Assembly (NCBI GenBank): GCA_032718475.1
Contig: JAUCBJ010000532.1
Coordinates: forward strand, 1 to 63,848
Source: Nemertoderma westbladi
Taxonomy: Eukaryota; Animalia; Xenacoelomorpha
Length of the DNA: 63,848 nucleotides
Direction: 5' to 3'
Numbering within the stretch: the stretch's first letter is position 1; each line of letters begins with the position of its first letter. Made by a program: the position numbers and the translations under genes. Below are positions 24,271 to 36,800 of this stretch, in pieces. The notes under the pieces were generated by a model, which saw only the letters and a list, made by a program, of their open reading frames with translations, was not told the DNA's origin and ran no database searches.

Positions 24271-25000
24271 GATCCCACCTGGACGTCATTGCCGACTTTG
24301 CAAAAAGCTGTGCCCAACAAAAAGTTATAATTATAAAATAAAATGAAACCACTCATTCACCCATACCACCAACAACAAAATTTATTAGGCCTACATCAGC
24401 AATGTGGCCTAACTTAAACTTTAATTACTCAAATATAACAGTTGTTATGTTGTTACATTATGGCACAGAAACTGACAAACGTCACGAAATTCGCAAATTT
24501 CGCTAAAGTCTCAAACATCGGGAAATTTTTCTACAATGTTGACTCCTTGAGCAAAAGGAACCTTTATTTGAATGTGTTGTTGAATTGTTGAATGTGTTGT
24601 TTTATGAATGTTCTAGAACCTAAATAGATATTTTTTGGGGTATAATTTTTTTTACTAGCTAGTATTTAAAAACAGAGTGTTTTTGAGTGTTTTTTTTATA
24701 TTAGTGAATATTCTAGAACCTTTGTAGATTTTTTATGGTATTTTTTAATAGCTAATTATTTTTGAAAAATATTTTGGTCATTAATATATTCTGCAACAGT
24801 TTAACCTGAAATATCATGCTTTCACATTTCTTTATAATTTCAATAGATACTAGCTAGCAATAAAACTAGCTATAATAAAAAACATATCTACTAATGTTCT
24901 AGAACATTCACAAATACCAAAAAAATTTAAAAGTTCGAAAAAAGGACTGGTGAAATAAATGGCTGGTGGTGTCGACAGGGCGAAGTAGGGACCCTTTTGC

Positions 25001-28000
25001 TTAAGGAATGACCATTTTATTGGATTTAAACGGACGGCGTTTACGCAGTTTTTTGAGGCTAGCAAGAGTCCTTTTCTCTTTGGGGCGAGCCACTTTACTA
25101 GGAGGGCTGTAACTCCTGGGTGAAGGGTGCAATACAATTGCATCAGAAGGTTTCGGATTGCGATCGGTGTATCCGCCGGTCGAGGTACCTGGTTGATCGA
25201 TATCAACTTCCGTGGAGCGAGGTCTAACAGCCTTTAGGGCGCGCCTCAGGACAGCAGCTCCTACGGGTCCTTGACGGGTTGTCTGTGCAATGGCGGTAGG
25301 CGGACCGTGAGTGGTGAGAAACTTCCTTGGTTTAATAGTTCTTTCCAGCTCGCGTTCTCGGGCTCGATATTCGTAGGGCCGTCGAGATACTTCCTGTAAC
25401 TCAGGGTGCGAGTTGATAAATAAATCACCATACTCAGGGTCTTGACGGATATAATTGATCAAATGGTATGAAGTAATATCGTTAGGATTGACGTTCCTAA
25501 GGTATCTTCTAACAAATTTAGTGGAGATACACTCACCAACACGCTTCATTAGCTCGTAACTCGGTATGCGTGTTTTTTGTTCCACAGACGCTAATAAATA
25601 AGGATGGAACGCGTAAACTCCCTCGTAAGAGCGCCCAGGGTAGTATCGATGACGGGACTCACAATGTAAATCCGCGTTAGCTTCCCAAGCTCGGATGTAG
25701 CGCAGGGTAATCATTTCATCTACGCTCTCTAAATCGTGATTAAAGGGGCAATTATAACTGGCATGTCCTTTAAGTTGACAGTGGTGGCATTGAGTCATAA
25801 ATTGGGGGCAGACTGCAAAAATATGAGAGTTATTAAGTCTGCAATACGCACAATATATCTCCATCATTGGTTGTTCGTGGAAATAGGAGCAGGGTACGTC
25901 TGAGTCCATAGGGGTGAAATGGTCTCTCGATGCGCATAATCGACAACGTTTTCGAGAAACATAGTTAGCGTGTCGATAATCGTATGCGGTGAGACATTGT
26001 GGACCTTGATACCACTCTAAGACGTAGTCGTTGTCGCTGCTCCGGGGCGCTGTAGGCTGAATCGCTTCAGCTTCTAAGCATATTGGTTCGTCTTCCAATT
26101 GCATAGCTGAGGTAGGTGCGGCTGTCTCCGCAAGCTGACCCACTGTCTGAACTTCGACGACAGAATAACCCGTGGGTATTCGGGGTCTTTGTATAACAGA
26201 TGAGTGCAAGTTCTGTATACAAACGTCCTGAAAAAGGGCAAATCCCGCGCTGTTTAGCTTCTCCGCCGCTGAGTCTCTCAGGCTGAGTTTGGTCAGAGCG
26301 CGGTCCTTGAACTGACTATCAACGTTACGGAACGGAGTCAGAAAGCGCCTGAAACATTCAAAGCGGATGAATTTATTGTGTTCATCTAACTTGGCGAGTT
26401 TGGTTCCAAGTATTAAGGGATGGGCGCGTATGGTACGACTGCACACATCGGCTAGCCAACCGGCAAGTGCTGCGTTTTCAAAGATCGTGTATATAGCTAA
26501 GGAGGGACGAAGTGGAACACTCATAAAGCTATACACGGCGCCAGGTGCGGTCAACGGTCCATCAAAGTATAAACGAGAATAATGATCTCCGTATACTTGT
26601 TGGTAATTTATAGGATTTCCAACCTTGAAATTCCATCCGTATTCTTGAAAGGCAAGATGTCCGATGGAGGTTCGTTGTACTTTGGTAATTCCGCTGGGTG
26701 TATTGGCATACGTAGTACGGAAGAAACCTCGGCCTTCTGCCCAAGGAGCAATCAGCTGAGTATCAACGAAGGGGTATGGAATGTTCTCCATATTCCGAAA
26801 GTCGTTCTGTAGGTCTCCATAAACAGCTGAGCCGATTTTAAGCACGGGTTGGGGTAACATCGATCCATCGATACCCATGGCCGGTTTGCGCTCGGTGTCG
26901 GTGACGTAACGCTGCGCGAGTTCAAATTGTCCATGTCGGAGTTTCTTTTGCGTCTCAGTAAGAGTTTCAAAAGAATAATCAATAACGTCGGAACACGCTC
27001 GAGTAAATACGTGGGTAGAACCAGCGAGTCCTCGTATATGTATCATCCGCGTAGTTCCAAGTTCTCCAACCGGAACGCTACCTTCGTTATCGTAAGTGAC
27101 AACTCCATACATCTCGATAACGTTAAGAGTTTCGTTCCACTCTTTAGTGGCGTTTTCGAGTGTCATTCCCACAGGATGCCACAAGGTAGCACATTCGCTA
27201 GCATTAGGCAGGTCTTTATACTTTAAATATTGTGTGGTATATGTTTCCACATCTCCATATCGTTGTATTCTTTCCTCCTCGAATAACACATCAAGATTCC
27301 AGTGCACTAAACGAGTTTTGATGAATCCATCAAGATTATACGGAGGTATGGTTTCTTTCTCTATTCTGGAAACATTATATGGTTTTCGAAACGAGTTTAC
27401 TTTAACTAACTGATCCAGATGTTTCTGCAGTTGTTCGAGTTCGACAAGATCGAGAGGATTTATTAACGGTAGAAACTTCAGACTATGTGTAGGATCTTCC
27501 GGTTTTACCATGTAATATTGTTTTAGATTGACGTAATAAGGGTGATCTTTGATCCCATAAAACGAGTCCGGTAAAGGTCTAGCGCGTATGTTTACATCGT
27601 GTACCATGCGACGGACAAGATCTGCTCTATTGTCCGGAGGTTCAACGAGTATACCATCGACACGAGCGGATTCGATGGGCGGACGCTGCAACAGAGGAGC
27701 GTCGGCGATAAGATCTTGAGATCTTAGGTTGATATCAACCGGTTGGGGTTGTGCCGTCGCAAAAAGTTTGTCTCCGAAATGGGGAACCATCGAGGGATGA
27801 AGAATGGTTTTAGAGTAGAGATCCGTCATAAGGATTTGCGCTTCGGGTTGAGCTAAAGCCGCTTCTTCTCTCTCATCCAGTTCTATATGTCTCTCCTCGA
27901 GCTGATTCTCCTCCGCTTGTTGTTGTAGACGCTCATCTAGAAATTCTTGTAAAGAGTAGGTTCGTCCACGTTCGATGTCCTCCTCGAGATTTTGTATTTC

Positions 28001-29242
28001 TCTATCGAACTGGGGTAAAGCTAATTCCTTCACCGCTTGGACTTGTTGCTGCAATTTACGCTTCTCCAAACAATCGTACGTTCCCTTTCCGATTTTCTGC
28101 CGAATAGCGTCTAATGCGTTTCGTACGACGCTCTCTTCGACTTCCGTAACGGGTTGGATAGAGGTGAAGCCGGGACGGTTGTATGGGTTAAACGGCGATA
28201 TTAGATGACCACGTCCCAATCCAGCTAGGTAGGGTTGGCGAATGTCTCGAGAGCCTACTACCGGAGTGCCACCGATCAACTGTTCGGGTAACACTAGATC
28301 TTTGAACAGTGAGTACAGTTCGGGAGGATCCGTGATACTATTAGGGTCAAGAGTTTGAGGTCTAACTGAGGAATGCGGAGGTCTGACCGAGTATTCCGGA
28401 ACTCTGATCATCGGTTTGTTCAAGGATCGCTTGAGTCGAGCGACCGCAGGGGACACGTCGAACAGGTTTCGCTCGAAACTCCCGTAAGTATATCGTGTAA
28501 AACTGTGTTTAGCGCAACGTCTCCGCGGATGTTTATGTCTTTCCGTTTGCTGATTGGGTCTAGGGCATTCGTCACAGTAATACCAAAGACGCATGTCCTG
28601 CAGAGGAAACGCGGGTGATCGTTCTCCAGTTTTACAATATTCCTCCATCTGTTCGAAGCTATCTGGGACAACAGGTAGCGGTCGATCGGCGGTAAGATAC
28701 ATCATAGTGAAATAGAGTCGTTTAAGTTCTATCATAGGATCATGATGTATACCTTGAGGATATCGAGTTTCGAGATTTTGTTGACTGGCAATATTGAGGT
28801 ATGTTTCTCTCAAGAATTCCAGATAATCGTTGAAGTCGTTGCGTTTATCCGGTTCTTCAACGTCTTCTCTTTCGAGTCGGTTTCGAATAGAGTTCTCGTG
28901 TTCTATTCTTGGCTTATCGTTCCGATTCCGTTGGGTATGATATTTAAATAAAACCATTTCCCTTTCGGTATCCACATCGTCCGTATCGTGTAAATCGATA
29001 GGGTGGCCGGTAGTTAAGAAGTCCATATACGTACCATTACGATGCGTATAGCGAGCGGTGAACTTTCTATAGTCCAATTCACGCATAAGTTGCTCCGGGG
29101 ACATTGGCGGTTCGATATAACGACCATCATCCTCCGTAGTAGTTGGACCAGCGTCGCCGCGTATCAAGCTATCGACAAACGCTTGTAAAGGTAGAGTATA
29201 TCGCTCCCTGATACCAAGATCATCTTCTATCAACTCAGTCAT
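25001..29242 (-). CDS. Intronless 1413-aa protein of unknown function with a C-terminal triple Cys/His knuckle; probable accessory ORF of the BEL element
   Basis: Uninterrupted ATG-started ORF. CRLCASRDH..C, CAYCRLNNSH....C and CHHCQLKGHASYNC near 25748-25945. Same strand as and 1.64 kb downstream of the BEL pol. Confidence 0.8.
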   Translation of the reverse strand: MTELIEDDLGIRERYTLPLQAFVDSLIRGDAGPTTTEDDGRYIEPPMSPEQLMRELDYRKFTARYTHRNGTYMDFLTTGHPIDLHDTDDVDTEREMVLFKYHTQRNRNDKPRIEHENSIRNRLEREDVEEPDKRNDFNDYLEFLRETYLNIASQQNLETRYPQGIHHDPMIELKRLYFTMMYLTADRPLPVVPDSFEQMEEYCKTGERSPAFPLQDMRLWYYCDECPRPNQQTERHKHPRRRCAKHSFTRYTYGSFERNLFDVSPAVARLKRSLNKPMIRVPEYSVRPPHSSVRPQTLDPNSITDPPELYSLFKDLVLPEQLIGGTPVVGSRDIRQPYLAGLGRGHLISPFNPYNRPGFTSIQPVTEVEESVVRNALDAIRQKIGKGTYDCLEKRKLQQQVQAVKELALPQFDREIQNLEEDIERGRTYSLQEFLDERLQQQAEENQLEERHIELDEREEAALAQPEAQILMTDLYSKTILHPSMVPHFGDKLFATAQPQPVDINLRSQDLIADAPLLQRPPIESARVDGILVEPPDNRADLVRRMVHDVNIRARPLPDSFYGIKDHPYYVNLKQYYMVKPEDPTHSLKFLPLINPLDLVELEQLQKHLDQLVKVNSFRKPYNVSRIEKETIPPYNLDGFIKTRLVHWNLDVLFEEERIQRYGDVETYTTQYLKYKDLPNASECATLWHPVGMTLENATKEWNETLNVIEMYGVVTYDNEGSVPVGELGTTRMIHIRGLAGSTHVFTRACSDVIDYSFETLTETQKKLRHGQFELAQRYVTDTERKPAMGIDGSMLPQPVLKIGSAVYGDLQNDFRNMENIPYPFVDTQLIAPWAEGRGFFRTTYANTPSGITKVQRTSIGHLAFQEYGWNFKVGNPINYQQVYGDHYSRLYFDGPLTAPGAVYSFMSVPLRPSLAIYTIFENAALAGWLADVCSRTIRAHPLILGTKLAKLDEHNKFIRFECFRRFLTPFRNVDSQFKDRALTKLSLRDSAAEKLNSAGFALFQDVCIQNLHSSVIQRPRIPTGYSVVEVQTVGQLAETAAPTSAMQLEDEPICLEAEAIQPTAPRSSDNDYVLEWYQGPQCLTAYDYRHANYVSRKRCRLCASRDHFTPMDSDVPCSYFHEQPMMEIYCAYCRLNNSHIFAVCPQFMTQCHHCQLKGHASYNCPFNHDLESVDEMITLRYIRAWEANADLHCESRHRYYPGRSYEGVYAFHPYLLASVEQKTRIPSYELMKRVGECISTKFVRRYLRNVNPNDITSYHLINYIRQDPEYGDLFINSHPELQEVSRRPYEYRARERELERTIKPRKFLTTHGPPTAIAQTTRQGPVGAAVLRRALKAVRPRSTEVDIDQPGTSTGGYTDRNPKPSDAIVLHPSPRSYSPPSKVARPKEKRTLASLKKLRKRRPFKSNKMVIP

Positions 29243-30062
29243 ATCTGCTATGAGTTTATCAATATTATAATGAGTTTATATATATTAGGCTAGCGGGCGT
29301 CGCTGCCTACCCCTCTTTTGCCCCCGGACAGTGTAAGATCCTCAGCGCCGATGTACCGTCGTCGCTGTGCTTTCGCCAACGATGTAGCTACACAACGACA
29401 ACGATAACCGGCACAAGTCACTTAACTGTCCGTCCCAAAGGCTTAGATGTACTGCAGGTTCTTCTTGGAGAGTTAGGGTTACTTTCACAATTGCGACTCG
29501 CTACTGTAAACACACCTTAGTAGTAACATTCACCTACAAACGCACAAATTCAACACAACTGCAACAAACTGCACACATTCGGGCCATTTGTCCGTTAGTC
29601 AGTACCTTCCAGAATGGCACTGTATTTATTATGTATCCTTGGATACTAGCAGTGCGCTATTTATTCCCTATACTATTCAATGGGGCATGCTTTCTATTGT
29701 TCTTTTAACTCACTTCTAATTCTAGCGTGGTTGTTGCCATGGTGACATTATGGAAAGCTAGCGGTAGAATTAGGGTAATTCTCATGCATACAGATCTGGG
29801 ATGCTATTTAATAGTAATTCTTTAATGGTCAATATCCTCTTTATACATGATTCTATGAATTTTATCGGCTATTGACTATACATTGGAGATTCTCGCACAC
29901 CAATACACTTAATAGAGTGAATCTCCGCTCCCATGATCTATTAATTAATGGAATTTTGGGAATGTTATAAATTGTACAAAATGACAATTTATTAAATTCA
30001 TTGAAATATCTGAATTTAAATTTATTCCCATAAATTTTATTATTTAATGTTAAATAGACACA

Positions 30063-30360
30063 ATTTTATTCCAGAACGTGTCTGGGGAATGGGATCCTTG
30101 ATTCTAGGAATTTTGTCCTTTTAAGAGTATCGGTAAGTGCTATGATATCTTAATCGACTAGAATTTTAAAGGATCTGATATTTGACAGATTTTTGTAAAT
30201 ATTAATAATTAATATTTAGGATGGGCACCAGTTTATTCCAGAACTTGTCTGGGGACGTTAACCATTGATTCTATAAATTTGTCTTTCAAGTATATCGGTG
30301 GGTGCCGCGATATCTTAATCGACTAGAATTGCAGATGGTCAAAGGGTTTAACAGATTTAT
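30063..30360. repeat. Diverged tandem duplication, period about 167 bp, between pol and the extra ORF
   Basis: TTTATTCCAGAAC.TGTCTGGGGA...GATATCTTAATCGACTAGAATT occurs twice (about 30065 and 30232). Confidence 0.8.
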
Positions 30361-30884
30361 TTTGCGTTATACGCTACTGTTAAAGGGACATCACGCTACT
30401 ATATGTATTATTTAATATACGGTATGAGAGCAATATCGCACGAAGCAATGTCAGTGTGAAGAGGCAAGTCGTTTCCAAGGTCTACCCAGAGCTTGGTTTA
30501 GCCGAGACACGAGGATCTGAACTTTGCAATCCTAATACTCTGCCTACCAATAATACTTGAATATAGTAGTGGCTTTATTGTACTTTAATAAGTACGGATA
30601 TTTCATCTTACTGTAGTCACGTATTTATAATATGATACGGACAGTAAGGAAAAAGAAAAATAATTATTTCTCGCCATCGCACTAAATATATAATATACGT
30701 AATTAAATAATAAACGCGAATATATATTGCACTAATCTACTAAATAATCTCTAAAATACCATGTTACTAAATAAAATTAAATAAAACGATTAAAATAAAA
30801 TTACATAATAATACATACATAAATATAAAAATAAAACAAATACAAATATAAAATAATATGGTCACACACCCACTCCAGCCGTTG

Positions 30885-33800
30885 TTAAGTTGGGGAGTCC
30901 CTAGATGTTTGTTGGATTAGGGAGGTGGTCGTGGGAAGAGTATCTTGTCTCCCATAGTTTCCGGAGAGTTCTCTGTCTCTTTCCAGTAAACATAAGCGAC
31001 CAACTGGGCGATTGAGCTGCTGCGTCTCAAAGACAATTCCCGGTTTCTTGAAGTTACGTCGCATGACGACGAGTTCTACCGATCGCACCAAACCGTCATC
31101 CGAGATGTGGGTCTCGATTATACGACCTGTCTGCCACCGCTTACGTGGAAGGTCCACATCCACAATAAGAACCATGTCTCGAGCGCTTACGTTTTCTTGC
31201 TGCGCAAACCACTTAGTTCGAAGTTGTAGCGTGGGCAGATAATGTTTTTCGAAATGGTCAGCGAAACGACGGGATAACAACTGCATGAGTTGCCAAGTTT
31301 GTCGGCAGTATTCGTCTCCATCTGTGATTTCCGATTGTGGGAGCATGGCTACAGGTTTCTTCAGTAGGAAGTGCGCGGGTGTTAGCGCCTCCAGGGAATC
31401 GGGACTCGATGAGACTGGCATAAGCGGTCTCTCGTTGAGATAGGCGGCGATTTCTTCCATTAACGTCCGCAAAAGTTCGTCGGTGAGATAAGCGCGGCAA
31501 GGCACTATAAAATGAAATGCCGTCTTCACACTTCTTATTAATCTCTCCCAACTTCCTCCCCACCAAGGGGCGTCGGCGGCGTTGAAGGTCCAACTAGACG
31601 CTGTTACTCGTAGTTGGTCGTCCACCTGTCTTTGGTTCCAATCTTTGACGTAAGCTTTGATTTCATTGTTGGCACCAATGAAGTTTGTTCCCTTATCAGA
31701 TCTCATCGTGTTACTAGTGCCAAAGCGAGCGATCTGTCGTCGTAAGCTTAATAGAAAGCTGTTGGTAGATAAATCGTTCACCATATCGAGATGGATGGCT
31801 CTACAAGTCATACAAACAAAGATGACACACCATCTCTTGACTATAGTCCTAGCACGATATACTTCAATAGGGCCAAATAAATCCACACCGGTATTAGTAA
31901 AGGGTGGTTCATAAAAGCTTACTCGTTCCCTAGGTAATTCTGCCTCTCTCTGTGTTAAAGGCCTACTGAATGCTTTCCTACAGGGTATACAGTTCCTAAG
32001 AACTTGGTTCAGAGCTCTACGGGGTTTATAAAAATAATAGTGAGTTCGAATTTCGCTAAGAACTCGTTCTCTACCAGCATGATAAAGTTTGCTGTGAACA
32101 TCTACAATCATCTTGACTTGTATTTCAAGATTTCTAATGAGTATGGGGAACTTAGTATCAAAGGATAATGGGGCATTCGTTAATCTTCCTCCAACACGTA
32201 TCAACCCATCTATCATTGTGCTAGAGAAGCGATCCCTTAAGCGCATCTGTGGATTTCTCAACAACAGGAAATACTTATCGGAATCTTCATCGCATTGTAA
32301 GAGTCTCAGCATCTGTTTGTTGGTTTCTTCTTGCTCCTGATAACTGATCTTCTCCTTCAGAAACTTGTCGGGTACCTTATATTTGGGAATGTCTTTAATA
32401 ACATGGACCTGCACTGATGTGATTGGAGCGGTATCACCCTTTGTTTTCATCCCAGAGTAGTGATGGTGAAAACATCTCTTTAAATATGTAACGGCCTTAC
32501 AAAGCCGATTCCAAGAACTGTAGTGATGCATCGCTCTCTGCAGAAGAGGTGAGAGTCCTTGCGAGACGTCTGGTATACCAGATTTCCAATCCTTATCACG
32601 GATTTCCACAATGGGTTTATTTGTGGCTGTGGGTTTCTGATCCAAAGCGTCGTCTCCGGAAGTATGTAGTACAGACAGATCTACTGTGGGTTTGAATAAC
32701 TTCGATTTACTCCCCTGAGTTTTAGGCTTGACTTTCTCCGCTCCCTTGGCCTGTCTAATTTCTGCTGTAGTAAGATGAGGAGGCCATTCTTCTTCTTCTT
32801 GGTAGAGGAAGTCGGGCCCACCTAACCAGTCTGGAGTATCTACCAGTTCTTGTGGAGTTGCTCCCCTGGAAGCGATGTCTGCTGGATTAATCGTTCCGGG
32901 GCAATGTCTCCATTGATCCATCGTCGTGCGACTGAGTATAATAGCTACTCTGTTGGTAACGAAGACGCTGAACTGACAGACTTCATTGGTTATATACTCC
33001 AACACGAGTAAAGCGTCGGTCCAATAGACAGTTTTCTCCACGGGATAGTCGATCTGTTCTGTTACATTCTGGCCGATGGCTGTAGCGTATAGAGCCGCTT
33101 TTAACTCCGCTCGAGGAACTTTCAACTTGTTGTTTATCAATGCCTTAGAGGTAACCAAGGCGACTTTAATTCCATCCGGAGTTTCCACCCTTAGGTAGGC
33201 TACTATACCGATTCCCATATCGCTGGCGTCTCCAAACACATGGAGTTGATATGAATACGTAGGGAGAACATGACCAAAATATGAACGGGAAATTATGAAG
33301 TTTTCGATGGCTGGTAGAGACTCTTCCCATTTCATCCACTTCTTTAATAATTCTCCCTTAAGTGGATCGTCCCATGAGTGGTTTTCAAGCCACATTTGTT
33401 GTACTAAACTCCGAGCAATTAATATAACTGGGCTAATAAATCCCAATGGATCGAAATAAGTGCTCAGGATACTTAAACATATCCGTTTAGTCCGAACTGG
33501 ATTATCTCGCTGTTTTAGTTGGAAAAACAGGATATCTCTTTCTGTGTCCCATTTCAAACCAAGGGTCTTAGTTTCTGGGAGATCATCCTTTATTAGATCT
33601 AGGTCTTTTGTTCCTCGATCTTCTACCGGGATCGACTCCAGAAACTCACGGGAGTTGCTAGTAAATTTAGTTAATCGAAATCCTCCTTTCTTTAAGCATT
33701 CTACCGTTCCTTTAGCGACCTCAATGGCTTCTTCTACTGATGGAAGGGACTTCAGATTATCGTCAATGTAGATGTCTCGTTTGATATTGTCGATCACTTC

Positions 33801-36800
33801 TTTAGAGAAGGCGTCTCGGTTGTCATCCGCAGTGGTGCGCACCACGGAACAGGCGTTCGAAGGGCTCGAGATTATCCCAAAAGCTTGGATGGTCATCCAG
33901 TACTCCACAGGTTTCTTATTGAGGTCTCCTTCAGGCCACCACAAAAATCGTAGGCTATCTCGATCCCTATCCAGCGCTTTGACTTGTAAGAACATGCCTT
34001 CTATATCTGAGGCGAAAGCAATGGAGTATTGTCTTAATCTTAGTAGTATTCCCAACAAGGATTGGAGTAAGTTGGGTCCGGGTAACAATTCAGAATTAAG
34101 AGATTGGCCCATATAAAGGGCGGAACCGTCAAACACCACTCGTACTTCATGGGGTTTACCGGGTTTGGGAACGTAATGGTGAGTTAAGTAATACGTTCTC
34201 TCAGTTATAGGGGTTTCTTCCGGTACTAGCTCCGCATATCCCTTGCTAATAAACTTCTTCAACTGTGTTTGATACATTTCTTTAGCTGAAGAATTTGCCG
34301 TAAGGCGTCGATGTAGTTGAGCAATTCTTTTCTCCGCCAAAGGTCTGTTGTTAATGAACTTTGGTTCTCGCTTTCGGAAAGGAAGACCGATCTCATATCT
34401 ACCTTGATCTTTAAGAAAACGAGTAGTTGTCGCTTGGATCTGCTTGGCTCTTTCTTCCTCCACCGATAGGGCCTTATCGTAGGAGTTGGGCTCTACGACC
34501 TCTTGAGTAAAGAATCTCACGGCGTGTTCATCCCGAGTCTTGGCATTATAACGTTCAATGACGTCATTAAGCTCGTCGTTATAGTCGTCTCGCTCGGATG
34601 GGAGAAGGAGTTGGCATAAGTTCACTTGATTTTGCCAAGTCTCGCTTTCCTTAAGGAGATCGATGGCATTCTCCTCATCGAAGAGTTGATGTATATCGTC
34701 GTTGTCTGAGGAGTATGGAGTTCCCTCAGCTGGATCGTCGAACTCACTGTTCTCAACTTCCCATTCTCGCACTTGATATACCTGATCTTTCGGTAATCTT
34801 TCCATGAGAGTTCTACGGAAAGGGCCAGTAAAGTACCAACCTACTCTAGTTCTTACCGCATAGGTTTGTAGTGGCTGCGGTTGAGCAGGCCGTTTCTCCA
34901 ATGTCTCGAGCGCCTCATGCGCGTTTTGGCCGATGAGTATTTGCACTCCAGGATAATCAGTCTGGAATCGAGGTATCTTAAGATGTTGGATGCTCTCATC
35001 CTCGTCCCAATTATAAAGGTCTGCTTGAGTAGTAGCGAAGTTCTTTATAGCCACCATTTTCACTGACCTTATGCTATGTTCTCCTAGTTCGTCCTGGGGG
35101 GTGGACAACGCACCTACATAATAATCCGCTGTTACTGTAGATTTCCAAACCTGCATAATCCCTGACATGTTTAGCTTAGTTCGGAACTTGGGTTGTCCAG
35201 CGAATATGTCTTCGGCTAGCTCTTTGTCGATGAATGTTCCTGTACTACCGGAGTCAAGGAGGGCGTTCACTACATAACTCCTTTTTGGTCCGTGGACCCT
35301 TACCTGTACCACAGGAAATTCTCTAATCCCAACATTGGAAGTTGGCGCTTTCCAAGATGGTTGTCGATCAGAAGTAGTTAGAGCGAGGTCAATGTCTGTA
35401 TCTTTTTCATAAATGAGTGCTCGATACACTGTGGTATTTATCATGTAACAGGATTCGTTTTCGTCGGAGAACTCGTCTGTATAGAATCCTTCCATCTCAG
35501 ATTGATCAGTGTCGTTCACATCACTGAATTGGACATGTAGTTCGGAATCACTTACCTGACTCGGACTATTTCGCTCGAATTCAGTGTGCAACAAGATATG
35601 ATGTTTCGCACCGCACTTGGCACATCTTGTGTCAGAGTAACAGGTTCGCCGTTGGTGTCCTTGTCTGAGGCAATTATAACACAACCGCTTATCCCACATG
35701 ACTTCACGTCTCTCAGTTAATGATTTCTTTAGAAATTCATCACACATATTTAAGCGATGGGTCCCATCACATAGCGCACATTTCGGTTTGATGTTACTTA
35801 CCTTACTCTGAGTAACATTGTGTACACTTGTCTTTTCTTCGGGCTTTCTCACCTGAATTCTCTTGGGAGACGTAGGAGGAGTTTTTCTTACCTGTTCTCT
35901 CCTGTCATTGGTTCGAGACTTGAATTTACTTACCTGATCTTTAGGCATTTTATTTACGTAATAAGATCTGTCAGTGTCTTTCCCGCTATCTTCTCCTTGA
36001 GAAGTCTGGCTTTCGCCATCATCTGTATAACACACTGGTGTTACCTTTCTCCTAGCGACGGGTTTTTCACTTACCTTGTTTTCCGGTGTCTTCTCTCTGG
36101 ACAGTTTCAGGAGCTGTAATTTCACTTCTCCATCTAGGAATGACATGAGATCAGCCATGGTAGGGTCTCGTCGTTGTTGTTCCATCATATATAACACTTT
36201 CTTATCCCAGCGTGTACCTACTCCACCCTTCGGTAAAGTAGAAGCCACTGCTCTAATAACCATAGCATTCTGATACTCATGAGACTTACCTAGCCAATCT
36301 AATTGTCTGCAGATCTCCTGAATCTCATCGGAAAACTCTATAATTCTGCTGCTAATAAACTTTCGGGGCGCTACCAACTTTGCATACAAATACCCAGCTA
36401 TGTTATTCCTATTACCATACCTGATGTTTAGTGTATCCCAAACTTGTCTTAATCCGTCTGGATGTCCAATAAACTTTAACGCCATTAACTTGGGAGATCC
36501 TTCCAAGCACTCAATGAGGAATCTAAGTTTCTCTCCATTAGATAGCACAGAGTTCTGTATGTTATCTTTGTAATATTCATTAAAAGGTAACCATTTCATC
36601 TCATCTCCATTGAACTTGACGATCTCTCCCACCTTTACCGCTTGCCGGGCTTCGGTTCTAGCCATTTGACGCGTAAAACTTTCTTGGGCCATCGTGTTAT
36701 TTAATATCGAGTTATCGGTATATAAATTTCTCGGATTATGATCCGGTCTATAGGGAATATCATTATCAACAGGTCTATAATTACTCTTAATAGGGTTCAC

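Noticed and set aside
24215-24285. Functional tRNA gene
   Set aside because: A and B boxes are present but the acceptor stem does not pair; it sits in a repeat.
25001-29242. Calling the 1413-aa ORF env
   Set aside because: No visible signal peptide, transmembrane anchor or Cys-rich ectodomain pattern.
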